Shown: one piece after another, positions 49,418-63,403 of the stretch
How positions within the stretch are numbered: position 1 is the stretch's first letter
Layout of the letters: every line of letters starts with the position of its first letter
DNA from: Azolla caroliniana
Lineage: Eukaryota > Plantae > Polypodiophyta
Reading direction: 5' to 3'
Assembly: GCA_043228905.1 (NCBI GenBank)
Contig: JBHGNT010000010.1
Span: 20,026,001-20,090,000 of the forward strand
DNA length: 64,000 nucleotides
Notes under the pieces: generated by a model
What the model was told of the DNA's origin: nothing
Databases searched by the model: none
Seen by the model: the letters and a program-made list of their open reading frames with translations, nothing else
Program-made: the position numbers and the translations under genes

Positions 49418-52400
49418 TGTTCATCCTCGACTCCACTGACGGAGGCACCGCAATGTTCGCGAAGGGACAAAAATCCGAGTCGGACATCGACTTGTGGCAC
49501 AAGCGGATAGGCCATGTCAACTACCAGCGGCGTCAAGATCTGCAATCGAAACAGGTAGTGTTCGGATTGCCCAAATTTAGTGGCCGAAAGGCACAAATTT
49601 GTGAAGCCTGCCAGCTCGGGAAGCAAAACCGACTTCCTTTCCCCAACGAGCGAAATCGGAGCCGGAACAAGCTCGACCTTATACACTCCGATGTGTGGGG
49701 GCCGGCACAAAACGTTAGTCTTGGCGGGAGCTGATATTTCGTCTCCTTCATCGACGACCACACGCGGCACACGTGGATCTACCTCATTGAGAGGAAGAGC
49801 GAAGTCTTCGACTGTTTCTTGAACCTCAAAGGGTTCATGGAAACAGAAACGGGACGAAAGATCAAGTGCCTGCGGTCGGATGGCGGGAAAGAGTACTTTT
49901 CCGGTCAATTCAACGGTTATCTACAACAAATGGGAATCCGGCGCGAATTCAGTTGTAGATACACGTCGGAGCAGAACGGTGTGGCCGAGAGGAAGAATCG
50001 GTCAGTTTTGGAAGCGGCACGGGCAATGCTGGAGGAGAAGAGCTTGCCCAAGTTCTACTGGGCCGAGGCGGTAAGGACCGCGGTATACATCCAGAACCGG
50101 ATCGGAGACAAAGTGTCGGCGCACGAGCTCTATTTCGGAACGAAGCCGAACTTGCGACACTTGAGGGTGTTCGGTAGCATTGCGTATGTGCATGTACCGA
50201 AGGAGAAAAGGAGGAAGCTAGACGCAAAGGTCGAGAAATGCATCTTGGTCGGTTACTCGGACGAGCAGAAGGGTTATAAGTGCTATAACCCTTGCACCAA
50301 ACAAGCGCGTATTATCCGCGACGTTGTGTTTGACGAGTCCGCGTCCTGGTACCAGCCCCTGACTCCGAACCCCGATTCCAATCCGAGTTCTGACGATGAG
50401 GTCAGCGAGGCCGAGATGCCTCCGGACGAGCCCGAAATCGAGACCCGCGAAGAGAGTCTGATTTCACTCCGTTTAAGTGGACCGATTGGACGACTGAGTC
50501 GGTACGATCAGTCCAATGAAGAGCCGGCGAGTAGTGGAGACTCGTCCGTGCATTCCCCGCGTAGGAAACCGAGGAGACGGCTTACGCGCAAAGAGAAAGG
50601 GAAGAAGAAGGTGTCGGATTCCGGCACGGATAGGAACGAGTCAGACCGACGCGAGTTCGACTCCAAGGGAACTGGTGACGGGTCTTTAAAGGTGAAGTCC
50701 GCGTCGACCAAGAAGGCCTCGACATTGGCTAATGTGAGATTACGCCGATCTACCCACTAGAAGAATCCTATTTTGCGATTCGGATACAACGAGTACATGG
50801 CGCATCATTATGCGTACATGACCCGTGTAGCGGAAGTGTGTGAGCCAGGGAACTACGCAGATGCGGCTAAAGACGCGAATTGGCGTGCCGCGATGGAGGA
50901 AGAGACGCACGCATTGGCGGAGAACGAGACCTGGGACCTGGTTGACGCACCAAGAGGGGTAAAACCGATCGGGTGTAGGTGGGTGTACAAGGTCAAGTAC
51001 AACACCGATGGCTCGGTCAACCGGTACAAGGCTCAGCTAGTGGCAAAGGGCTACGCGCAAAAACACGGCATCGACTACGATGAGACGTTTGCGCCGGTCG
51101 CGAAAATGACGACCGTCCGTGTTTTGCTCGCAGTCGCTGCGGTGAAGGGGTGGCACTTACATCAGATGGATGTAAAGAATGCGTTCCTGCAAGGTGACCT
51201 TGAGGAACAGGTGTACATGGTACAACCCCCCGGATTTCACTCTGGAACGAACTCCTCGGCAGTGTGCCGATTGAAGAAGTCCCTTTACGGACTGAGGCAA
51301 GCCCCACGTTCCTGGAACACGAAGATCACGCAACAACTGCGTCGGATGGGCTTCGTCACGTCAAAATCGGACTCTTCCCTGTTCATCCGGAAAGGTCGAC
51401 TCGGACCGGTGAGTATTTTACTATATGTTGATGACTTGGTCATCACCGGCGCCGACCTAGGTGAAATCGACCGCGTGAAGCTCCAGCTTACGGCATCGTT
51501 CGACATGAAGGATCTAGGGGACCTTCATTACTTCCTCGGGATCGAAGTGATCCGTACCCCCAAAGGCATATTGATCAGCCAACGTCATTACGTGCTGAGT
51601 ATGCTCTTCAAATTCGGGATGGCCGGCTGTAAGTCCGTCTCAACTCCTCTGGACAAAACCGTCAAGCTTCGTCCCGATACGGGAAAGGTATGCGACCCGA
51701 CGAGGTTCCGACAAATTGTCGGAAGCCTCATATACTTGACCATCACCCGACCCGACCTCAGTTATCCGGTCGGCGTAATCAGTCAGTTCATGGCGCGACC
51801 TATCGAGGCGCACCTCCAGTGTGCGCAACGCATACTTCGGTATGTCAACGGCACTAAGGACCGGGGACTGCTATATCGGACCGGTGCAACCGCGCAGTTA
51901 GTCGGCTACACCGATGTTGATTGGGCTGGCAACGCCGCCGATCGCCGATCCACGTCCGGATACGCGTTCTCCCTCGGGAGTGCCGCGATCGCATGGAGCA
52001 GTAAGAAGCAGCCGACAGTTGCACTGTCGAGCACCGAAGCTGAGTACCGAGGAGCGGTTGTTGCGACATGCGAAGCCATATGGTTGAAGCGGCTACTTAG
52101 GGACCTGCAAGAGGAGGTGTCAGATCCGACGACGATCTACTGCGACAACCTCAGCAGCATCCAACTCGTGAAAAACCCCGTTTTCCACGCACGGACCAAG
52201 CACATTGAGGTGCACTACCATTTCGTCCGTGAGCGTGTCCTTTCCGGTGAAGTCGAACTTCAGTACGTTCCGACCGATCGGCAGACTGCCGACATCTTCA
52301 CCAAGCCTCTTGGTTTGGACAAGCTGCGGCAATTCTCAGGTACGCTCGGATTGCGTCACCTCGACGTGCCAAACATGAGGGGGAGAACAATCTCGAACGA

Positions 52401-52920
52401 CCAAGTGAGGCAGCAGGAAAGGAGCGGAGACCGCGACACCGAGTCGGTTGACTCAGTTGTCGAGGTCGACTTCGGATCGGCTGAAGAAGCCGAGGGTGGA
52501 CCCGCGGAAAAGTCCGGAAGCGGACAAAAGGGGAGCAGCCGAAGGAGAGAGCCGAAGCCAACCACGCATGGGGAAGATGATGCCATCGAGGGCGAGAAGA
52601 TCGAAGACAAGTTGGAGACAGCCAACTCGGACGAGAGCGAAAACCGATCGGAGGTAGCCGAGTCGGTTCGGATGTTTGATTCAGATACGTTGAATCAACC
52701 GAGGCCCAAGCGGAAGAAAAGGCAGCAGGAGAAGCGTCAACACCGCAACAGCAGAAGAGTTGATAAGGGCCACATGAGCAGACAAGCCGACTGGAAGGGT
52801 CGAAGCGCGCGGAGTCAAACAAGTCGAGGAGCGCAAGCGAGGCGTGAAGCCAGGAGGAACCGGAGCTCTGAGCCCGAAGATCCCGAAGAGCCTCAAGTTG
52901 AGCTTGAGGGGGAGTGTTGA
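49418..52920 (+). pseudogene. pol: Copia-1 integrase-RT-RNase H plus long charged tail
   Basis: LWHKRIGH, RSDGGKEY, YVDD, RTKHIEV; stops at 49732 and 50758. Confidence 0.93.
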
Positions 52921-52968
52921 GAGACAAGCTCAACATCGGCCGGATCGGCTGAAGAAGCCGAGGACCGG

Positions 52969-55900
52969 TGTCGTGAAGAAAACCGTCCACAAGCGGAATC
53001 GGTGCGCCGGAGCATAGGAACCGGCTCTTCATGCACGTACGCCTTGTGTTGTACATAGGAGAGAATTAGGGACATGGAAGATCCGAGGTAGGTAGATTCG
53101 GTAGATAGGAAGTTAATAGGAAACGGCTCCCTTCTTGCCTATAAAAGGAGGGAGACGAGGAAGAGGAAGGGATCGCGAAGTAAGAGAGGACGAAGTGTTG
53201 TCGGATTGTGGGCCGAAGGCTTCTCTCTCTTCCAAACTCCATAGCTCCTTTCTGTGCAGGTTTCAGGAGGCTCACGCTGCTCTGAGGAACGCCCGAGTGC
53301 TTCCGGCAGCACCTCCAACCTACTCCTTTCTTTCTGTGCGTTTACGAACAGGCACCGGCATCTGTTCGCCGGCCTATTCGGTTGTAACCGACTTCGTGTT
53401 CTTGTTGTTTGTCTTTGTTAATACATACATACATTCGAGTCTCTCTGTGTCGGTGTCCCACTCGCGTCTTTGTGTTGAAGGGCCGTGTCCCTGTGAATCT
53501 ACGCACGCACGTAGTGGGTTCCCTTCTCCTTTCTCTCTTGCTCTTCGGTACAAGACCCCCGAGGTCCCGCCTCATTCCACGCATTCGCGAGGAATACCAC
53601 GACATCTTGGTGAACCCGACGTGAAGGAGGCGGCAGAAGAGCAGAAGATGAAAGGGTCGAATCTTGCGGAGGCCATGGCATCGGCCGTGGATCGGATATT
53701 GAGCGCACGCGAGGGCTCCGGCGCCCTCGACAGAGCCATTGAGGCGGTCATCGGTACGATCAGCCGGTTCAGCGGAAAGGATGCCACGAAGTATTTGGTG
53801 TCCTACGGGGCAAAAATGCTGATGCGGGACAATCCGGAAGAGAGGCGTATTGCCGGGTTCCCTCGAGTGGCGATGCCGAGCATCCATGCGGAGGTGCTCG
53901 AGGTGCGGGCGGAGAGCCGTACCTGGGAGGAGTTCGAAGGTCGACTCCTAGAAAAATACGGGCTGGACGACGCGCTCCAGCTTTCGAAACGGGACTTCAT
54001 GGAGTGGGTGGAGTCCCCCGGCAAGGGAAGAAACGCGTCGGCACTCCTCCGGGAGTTCGAAGAACGCTTTGCGCGCCTTTCGGCGCTTGACCGAAACGTT
54101 TTGGATACGAGCCGGGTCCTACTGTTCGTCAAGTCGGTGGACGAGCGGGACCGGGATAAAGTCGGCTCCTTGCTGGAAACAGAAGACGGGCTGACGACCG
54201 ACTGGGCTGCGGTTAAGAGAGTCTGTGGCCGTTTCGACAAACGGCGAGAATGGGCTGACAACGGGGCGGCTGGTGCGGGCTCTGTCACAGCAAGGAGGCT
54301 TGAACCGGCACCGCAAGGGCGAAGGGAAGAAACCCAGGAATGGCTCGAAACCGGTCCGGCTTCGACCGGCATGGTCAGTGGCTCGTCCGGAGGAGCAGCG
54401 CTGGAGCAGTTGACGCGGGCGATAAAGGATCTCTAGATCGCCCAGACTCGAAGGGAAGGCGGCGAACCGGCTCGTGACCGACGGCCGGTAGCAGGGAACA
54501 GGTGCATGTGGTGCGACGAGGTCGGCCACATCCGGAAGGACTGCGGCGATTTCGCAGAAGCGTTGAGGAACCGGGTGGTGTACCTGTGGGAAGGCCGGGT
54601 GCACGCTGGCGACACCAGAAGAGCCTTAAACCGAAACGACGGGTGAGGAGGAATGAAGAGACTGATAGAAGAGGCAGCGGCCCGACACGTGGAGGCCATC
54701 CACTACTCGGCATCGGCCGGCATTCAGGTCGGGGGCAACGAGGCCCGAAAGGAAGGCAAAGACGGATTCTGGTCGGCAATGCTGGAAGGTCTTGCCGGCG
54801 CGCGGCTAAGGAAAGATGAAACTGACCGCGCTAAGAGACGGGTCCGGGAAATAACCGGGTGGAGCGATCCGGTCGAGGAGAAGACGGGCTTCGTAGAAGC
54901 CGCCTGCCGGAACTACGAGGCTCTGGTAGAAGACAAACGAGTGGGGAAAGCCGGAGCGGCCGAGCCCTCACAACGGTACGAGACCCAATTCGGGCAACGA
55001 CGGAACGATGCCGGTGGGTCCAGCTCGCAAGATAACCCCAGGAAGGGCGGATACCGACTGGGGACGGAAATAGAAAGGACTACGGACCTACGAAAGGTCC
55101 TAGAAGAACGGATCCTCAACAGCAAAGTGGAGTTGTCATTGCGAGAGGTGCTAGGGATCGCCAAGAAGGAGTTCCACGACTCCATTGTGGACCTGGTGAA
55201 ACGGAAGAGGCTGTCGACGGAGACGGAACCGGAAAGACCGATGGACGTGCGGACGACGCACATCGACGACATGGCGTTGGAAGATGAGTGGGCGGAGAGC
55301 CACTATTCAAGGCCGCACTGGGCCCGAGCAACAACGGAGACCCCGGTAAAGATCGGAGATGTTCAGGAACCGGTGGTGGCATTGGTGGACCACGGTTCGG
55401 AAATAAACCTGATGTCCATGGACTTCTATAAGAAGGGAAAGTGGCCGATCAACACCAAGCACGGGTGGAAGATACTGGCGGCGACGCGCGCCACCGAGGA
55501 ACTGCACGGGGCCTGCCCGAACGTGCGAGTCAAGATTGGCAACGTCGAGATTGACCAGCACTTCTTCGTACAGGAGACGTCCTGGCACCCGGTCATATTA
55601 GGGGAACCATACATCACGGCGGATGGAGACCAAGGTGTTAGAAAACGGTTCGGCCTACGCAAGGGTCAAAAGCTAGGACGGGCGCCATTCGGTCCAATTT
55701 CTGACGGTGTGACCGAACCACGAGCGAAACCGCAAATCCCTCGGTGGGGAGAACGGGGAGGATTTTTAGAGAGGGCTGCCAAGCCGTGGGGCCGAGGCAG
55801 TCCAGACACTCGGGAAAGACCCCACAGCTGTACGATAGAACCGAAACCGAAGATACCTTGTACGATAGGTAGGAAATTTTGCTTCTCCAACGACGGAGGG

Positions 55901-58900
55901 TGTGTAATGGTTGGCATCGTTGGCCGAGAAAAGCCAAGGGCGGAGGAGCGACTTCGAGGGTGCGGAGTTCTTGGCCCGGACGAGGAAATCAGCGGAGCCG
56001 TGGAGGCGGTCTCCTTCAACGAAACCTTGGGAATGCTGAGGAAGGTAGCCGGAGAAGACCTTAAGGAAGACCGGATGATACCGGTATGTTCCGAAGAGAT
56101 GTACGAAGTCATCGCGAACTTCAGCCAGGGGCTCCGGTTGGATCGGACGGCCCGAGTTAGCACGAAGTACAAGACTGTGAACCGGAAGGTAAGGCCAGTT
56201 GCGGCACCCTTACCAGAGGGCAGCGAGTCCCGAATCAGAGGGGTTGCGTCGGACCCCAGTTTACGAGATCCGGCCTGCATAGGACACACCTTAACCGACG
56301 GGACGCTCCGGGAGCTCAAGATCGGTGGGGGCGGGTTCCTACTGCTGGCGGAGGAAGACCGGTTTCGGAGAATGCTCGGAAGGCACGGGAAAGCCTTCGC
56401 ATTCTCGCCGGAAGAGATCAGGTGCGTAGACCCGACAATCATGGAGCCGATGGTGATATTCACGGTACCGCATGTGCCGTGGAATCTCAAGTCGATTCCG
56501 GTACCAAGAGCTCACATCCCGGAGTTGATGGAGCTACTGAGGCAGAAAGTCGATGTGGGTATTCTCAAACCGTCGAGCGCGCCATACTCGAACCGATGGT
56601 TTACCGTGCCAAAGAAAAATGGAACATTGCGCTTCATTCAGGACCTGCAGCCGGTCAACAGAGTGACCATTCGGAACGCAGGAATCGGACCGACCATAGA
56701 CGAGTTCGCGGAGGCCTTTGCCGGAAGGTCGATTTACTCGGTCGGTGATCTGTACTCGGGGTACGACCAGTTCCAGCTAGCCGTGGAGAGGAGAGACATT
56801 ACGACGATGCGAACTCCCCTCGGCCTAGTGCGAATGTGTACCCTGCCACAAGGAGGGACCAACTCGGTGGCCCACATGGTGAATGCAATGAACAAGGTAC
56901 TGAGGGATTGCATCCCGGACATCACCATGCCCTTTCTGGACGACATCCCGATAAAGGGGTGCCCGGTGGAAGAGAAGGACGAGACAGTCGGGCCAGACGG
57001 ATGCCGGCGATTCGTGGCAACACACATCGATGACTGCGAGAAGGTGCTACAAAGGCTAGAGGATGCGAGGCTCACCTTCTCCGGGCAGAAATCGGCCTTC
57101 GAGCAATCAGAAATCCTGGTGGTCGGACACCTGTGTGGACGGTATGGCCGGAAGCCGTCTCCGGAAAAAGTAGAAGCCATCTCCGCGATGAAGACCGACG
57201 GTAACTCGGTTACGGAAGTTCGGAGGTTCCTGGGGGCATGCGCGTTCTACCACAGATGGATCCCGCATTACGCCCACGTTGCGGAGCCGCTATACGGGTT
57301 GCTGAAAAAGGGGCGAAAATTCGAGTGGCGAGACGAGCACACGGAGTCGGTCCGGAAGCTAAAGGAAGCTCTTGCGGCAGCACCGGCGCTCCGGAAGGCT
57401 GTCTACGAGAAGGGTACCCCGGTATACATAACGGTGGATACGAGCCCGACCGGGATCGGATGGGTCGTCAACCAAGAAGACGAGGACGGCACCTGGTTCC
57501 CGATCCGATTCGGCGCAAAGGTCCTCAGTGAGCGACAGCGAGGGTACGCCCAGGTTAAACGCGAACTCTGGGGTATCATTTCAGCAGTAAAGGCCGACAA
57601 AGACTACCTGATCGGGACGGAAGTGATTATCGAGACGGATTGCCTACCAATTCTCGGCATGGTTTCCAGATGCGCGACACCGGACCTGGCGATGCTCAGG
57701 TGGATAGCGTACATCAAGTCCCTGGATCCAGAAATACGGCACATTTCCGGAAAGGACAACGCCATGGCCGACATGCTTTCGAGGGCGAGGTTTGATGACG
57801 AGGGCGGCATGGTTTCGGAGGACGAAGAAGTCGGCGTGGACTTCTTCGAGGCAGCATACGTAACGACCGATGGGACGAGCACTCCGGCACTTAACGACTT
57901 CGACAAGAGCAAGTACGACGGCGAGTGGCTCCAGATCGGTGGATTTTTTAGGACAATGACGTCGGATGTGTCATGGACGAGGAACGAGACCAACCGGATC
58001 CGGAAGAAAGCATACCGATTCTTTGTCCGGGACGGATACTTATGGAAGCACCCGAAGAAGAGGAACGGCGTCCCGCTCCGGGTGGTGGCGATGAAGGAAG
58101 AACAGGAGGAGCTGCTGATGGCCTACCACGACAGCCCTTGGGCTGGACACCGTGGAACGTGGGCCACGTTCGAGAAGATAAAGGGGAAGTACTAGTGGCC
58201 GGGACTGTACCGGGACGTGCATTGGTTCGTGACAACTTGCGAGAGCTGTCAGATGCACTCCATAGTCCGACATCGGGACGGGCTTCACCCTACGTACCCT
58301 CCGACCATCCACTTCAAATGGATGGTAGACCTGGTGACGATGCCGATGGGAGTAGGACAGATGCGGTATCTGGTCCTGGCTCGGGAGGATCTGACGAACC
58401 AGGTAGAAGGCCGAGCCCTTCAGAACCAAACGACCGCGGCCGTATGTCGGTTCCTGATCGAGGACGTGATATGCCGGTACGGGTGCGTCGGGAAGATCGT
58501 GGCTGATCGCGGGGAGTTGGACGCCGAAGAGGCCGAAGAGCTGTTCGACCGGCTAGGAGTCAAGCTCTCACTAACCACTGCATACAATCCGGAGGCGAAT
58601 GGGAAGGTGGAGCGCGGACACAGACCGATCGTCAAGGCATTAGTTCGGGCATGCGGAGGTCAAGTCGGGAACTGGCCGCGGCTGCTCCCTTACGCGTTGT
58701 GGGCTGACCGAACTACGCACAGTTCGGTAACCGGATTCATGCCGGTAGAGCTCATGTTTGGGCAGAAGTCGATCATGCCAATGGAACGTACGATCTCCTC
58801 ATGGGCAACCGTGGACTGGAAAGACGAGATGAGCCGGGAGGAACTGTTGGCGGCACGCATACAACAACTCGAGCGAAGACCGGAGGACGTGGAGCAGGCT

Positions 58901-59636
58901 GCGGAAAAGCTTCGGGTGGCAAGGACGAGGAACAAAGCCCGGTTTGACCGAACGCACCGGCTCCGACCGGAGAAGATCGAGGAAGGCGACTGGGTGCTAG
59001 TCTACGACAGCAGCCTCGACAACTAGCACCGAGCAACACGGAAGTTCGCAAGAAGGTGGTTTGGGCCTTACGTGGTACAGGGCACCAACGACAACGGGAC
59101 GTACCATCTGGCGGAACTCGACGACACGAGAATGGCGATACCGGTAGCTGGGAAACGGATCAAAGCGTTCAAGAAGCGTCACGACGACGAGCCAGATCCG
59201 TTTAACCTTGACCGGAACGACGAACAATCCGAAACCGAGGAAGAACCGACGGGCGGGGAATGAAGGCTGGACTGGTTTTCTCCGTCCCAACTCAATTTGG
59301 CACATGCCGGTGGATGCGCGGTTAGGTGGGGGCGGATGTCGTGAAGAAAACCGTCCACAAGCGGAATCGGTGCGCCGGAGCATAGGAACCGGCTCTTCAT
59401 GCACGTACGCCTTGTGTTGTACATAGCAGAGAATTAGGGACATGGAAGATCCGAGGTAGGTAGATTCGGTAGGTAGGAAGTTAATAGGAAACGGCTCCCT
59501 TCTTACCTATAAAAGGAGGGAGACGAGGAAGAGGAAGGGATCGTGAAGTAAGAGAGGACGAAGTGCTGTCGGATTGTGGACCGAAGGCTTCTCTCTCTTC
59601 CAAACTCCATAGCTCCTTTCTGTGCAGGTTTCGGGA
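52969..59636 (+). mobile_element. Gypsy subtype A, near full-length; 3' LTR (from 59337) truncated by a deletion
   Basis: 5' LTR 52969-53604, PBS at 53608, gag from 53648, pol to 59263 with stops. Confidence 0.95.
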
Positions 59637-62600
59637 ATTCGGGTCGGGGGTGATGAGACCCGGAAGGCGAAGGACTCCGGATTCTGGCCGCTAGTGCTAG
59701 AAGGCCTCTCCGGAGTTCAGCTGAGGAAGGAAGAGGCGGACCGCGCAGAACAACGGGTCCAAGAGGTCACCGGTTGGGACGATCCGGTGGAAGAGAAAAC
59801 GGGCTTCGTAGAAGCCACTTGCCAGAACTACGAGGTTCTCGTGGAGGACAAGTGGGCAAGGAAGGCCGGAGGGGTCGGCCCCCCGAGGTATGAGACCCAG
59901 TTCGGACCGAATCCGACCGGTGTTGGCAACCCGGGCGCACCGGACGGGAAGAAGCAGGTGGAGTTTCGGTTGAGCACCGAGATCGAAAGGACCACGGACC
60001 TACGAAAGGTCCTGGAGGAATGTATCCTCGACAGTAAAGTGGAGCTATCATTGCGGGAGGTGCTGGGAATCGCCAAGAGGGAGTTCCACGACTCTATCGT
60101 AGACTTGGTGAAGCGGAAGAGGCTCTCGATGGAGCCGGAACCGGAGAAGCCGATGGAAGTACGGACCATGCACCTGGAAGACGGAGCCTTGGAAGATGAG
60201 CTAGCGGGAAGCCACTACACGAAGCCGCATTGGGCCAGGGCAACTACGGAAACCCCAGTAGGGATCGGCAACGTTCTGGAACCAATGGTGGCGTTGGTAG
60301 ACCATGGATCCGAAATCAACCTGATGTCCATGGATTTCTACAAGAAGGGTAAATGGCCGATCAACACCAAGCATGGCTGGAAGATACGGGCAGCGACGTG
60401 CGCCACGAAAGAACTACATGGGGCCTGTCCGAACGTACGGGTGAAAATCGGCGATGTCGAGATCGACCAACACCTCTTCGTGCAGGAGACGTCCTCGCAT
60501 CCGGTTATACTAGGAGAACCATATATCACGGCGGCACGGATGGAGACCAAGGTGCTGACAACGGTTCAGCCTATGCAAGAGTCAAGAGCCAGGACGGGCT
60601 CACTCGGTTCAGTTCCTGACGGTGCGACCAAACCACGAGCGTAACCGCAAGGCCCTCGGCAGCGAAACCCGAGGGGATTTTTAGAGAGGGTTGTCAAGGC
60701 GTGGGGCCACGATAGTCTAGACACCCGGGAAGAACCCCACAAATGTACAGTACGAAAGAAGACATGTACCATAGGTAGGAAATGTTGGTTCTCCGACAAC
60801 GGAGGTTGTACTATAACCAGCGTCAGCGGCAGGGAGAGGAAGCGAGTGGAGGAGCGGCTCAGGGGATGCAGAGTCCTCTTCCCCGATGAGGGCATCAGCG
60901 GCACCGTGGAGGCGGTCTCTTTTGACGACACCTTGGGCGAACTACGAAAGGTGATCGGTGAAGACCTTAGAGAAGACATCGCAGACTTCGGGGAAAGGAT
61001 CGGGTCGGATCGGACGGCCCGCGTGGATACGAAATACAAGATTGTGGACCGGAAGGTGAGGCCAGTCGTGGCACCCTTGCCGGAGGGCAGCGAGGAGCAG
61101 ATAAAGGGGGTCGCGTCGGACCCAAGTTTACGAAATCCGGCTGGCATAGGGCACCGATTCACCGACATAACGCTACGGGAGCTCAAGGTCGGTGGGGGCG
61201 GCTTCCTACTGCCGATGGAGGAGGACCGGTTTCGGAGAATGCTCGGGAGGCACGGGAAGGCTTTCGCATTCTCACCGGAGGAGATCGGGTGCGTAGACCC
61301 GACAGTTGTCGAACCGATGGTGATCTTCACGGTACCGCAGCTACCGTGGAATCTCAAGCCGATTCCGGTGCCGAGAGCTCCTAAAGCAAAAGGTGGAGAT
61401 GGGCATCCTCGAACCGTCGAGTGCCCCGTATTCAATCGGTGGTTTACGGTGCCGAAGAAGAACGGCACGCTGCGCTTCATGCAGGACCTACAACCGGTCA
61501 ACAAGGTGACCATCCGTAACGCAGGGATCGGACCGACCATAGACGAGTTCGCGGAGGCCTTCGCTGGAAGGTCGATCTATTCTGTCGGTGATCTGTACTC
61601 GGGGTACGATCAGTTCCATCTAGATGTGGAGAGCAGAGACATTACGACGATGCGGACTCCTCTCGGCCTGGTGCGGATGTGTACCCTGCCACAAGGAGGG
61701 ACGAACTCAGTGGCTCACATGGTGAACGCGATGAACAAAGTGCTCAGGGATTGTATCCTGGACATCACCATGCCATTCTTAGACGACATCCCGATCAAGG
61801 GATGCCCGGTGGAGATAAGGGACGAGGCAATCGAGCCGGACGGATGTCGGAATTTCGTGGAGTCCCACATCGATGACTGCGAGAAGGTGCTGCAGAGACT
61901 AGAGCGCGCGAGGCTCACCTTCTCCGGGGAAAAGTCGGCCTTCGGATGGTCGGAGATCTTGGTGGTCGGACACCTGTGCGGGCCTTACGGTAGGAAACCG
62001 TCTCTGGCAAAGGTAGAGGCCATCTCCACGATGAGGAACGTTTGCGGGTCGGTCACGGAGGTCTGCAGATTCTTGGGGGCATGCACGTTCTACCACATCT
62101 GGATCCCGCACTACGCACATGTCACGGAACCCCTCTACGGACTATTAAAAAAAGGGTGTAGCTTTGAGTGGAGGACGGAGCACACGGAGTCGGTTCGGAG
62201 ACTAAAGGAGGCGCTTACAGTAGCGCCGGCTCTCCGTAAAGCGGTTTACGGCAAGGATGTTCCCATCTGCGTAACGGTGGACACCAGCCCGACCAGGATC
62301 GGGTGGGTAATTAGTCAGGAGGACAAGGGAGGCGCACGATTCCCGATCCGGTTCGGGGCGAAGGTGTTGAGCGAGCGGCAGCGAGGGTACGCCCAAGTTA
62401 AGCGCAAACTTTGGGGTGTCGTTTCGGCAGTCAAGGCCGACAAGGATTATCTGATCGGGACGGAGGTGATTATCGAGACGAACTGCCTGCCGATACTCGG
62501 CATGGTTTCCGGATGCGCGACGCCGGACCTAGCAATGCTCCGGTGGATAGCGTACATTAAGTCCCTGAACCCGGAGATACGGCACATCTCCGGAAAGGAC

Positions 62601-63403
62601 AACGCCATGGCCAACATGCTTTCGAGGGCAAGGTTCAACGACGAAGACGGCATGGTTTCGGAACACGAAGAAGTCGGCGAGGACTTCTTCGGGTTGGCTA
62701 ACGTAACGACGAGGAAAGGGAACACTCCGGCGCTTAACAAATTTGACGAAAGCAGGTACTATGGGGAGTGGCTCCAAATCGGGAGGTTCCTACGGACGAT
62801 GACGCCGGACACAGCATGGGCGAGAGAGGAGGCGAGCCGGATACGGAGGAAGGCGTACCGATTCTTCCTGCGAGACGGGTGCATATGGAGGTACCCAAAG
62901 AAGAGAAGCGGCATTCCACTCCGAGTAGTGGCAAAGAAAGAAGAATAGGGGAAACTACTGACGGCATTTCACAAGAGCCCCTAGGCCGGACACCACGGAA
63001 CGTGGGCCACTTTCGAGAAGATGAAGGAGAAGTACTGGTGGCCGGGGCTGTACCAGGCCGTGCATCAGTTCGTAACGACTTGCAAGAGCTATCAGATGCA
63101 CTCCGTAGTCCGACACCGGGACGAGCTACACCCGACCTACCCGCCTACGGTCCATTTCCAGTGGATGGTGGACTTGGTGACGATGCCGATGGGGGTAGGA
63201 CAGATGCGATACCTGGTGCTTGCACGGGAAGACTTAACGAACCAGGTGGAAGGCCGTGCACTGCAAAGCAAGACAACCGCGGCGGTATGCCGGTTCTTGA
63301 TCGAAGAAGTAGTGTGTCAGTACGGGTGCGTCGGGAGGATCGTGGCAGACCGGGGAGAGCTGGATGCGTGGGAGGCCGAGGAGCTGTTTGATCGGCTGGG
63401 CGT
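59637..63403 (+). mobile_element. Probable continuation of element W (gag C-terminus, PR, RT, RNase H, part of integrase), degenerate
   Basis: Resumes at GIRVGG about 28 codons after the break at 41977; ORFs 59622-60644, 60846-62948 and 63021-63403. Confidence 0.8.

Larger units (their letters stand above)
41978..52968 (+). mobile_element. Ty1/copia element 1 (5' LTR 41978-42434; 3' LTR stub 52915-52968)
   Basis: Met PBS TGGTATCAGAGC at 42435; gag-PR-IN-RT-RH order; PPT GAGGGGGAG. Confidence 0.95.

Noticed and set aside
54653-58195. 1180-aa ORF suggesting a natural single gag-pol frame
   Set aside because: Created by a small deletion near 55620 that shifts frame inside the protease; the normal GGATTTTTAG is still present at 55760
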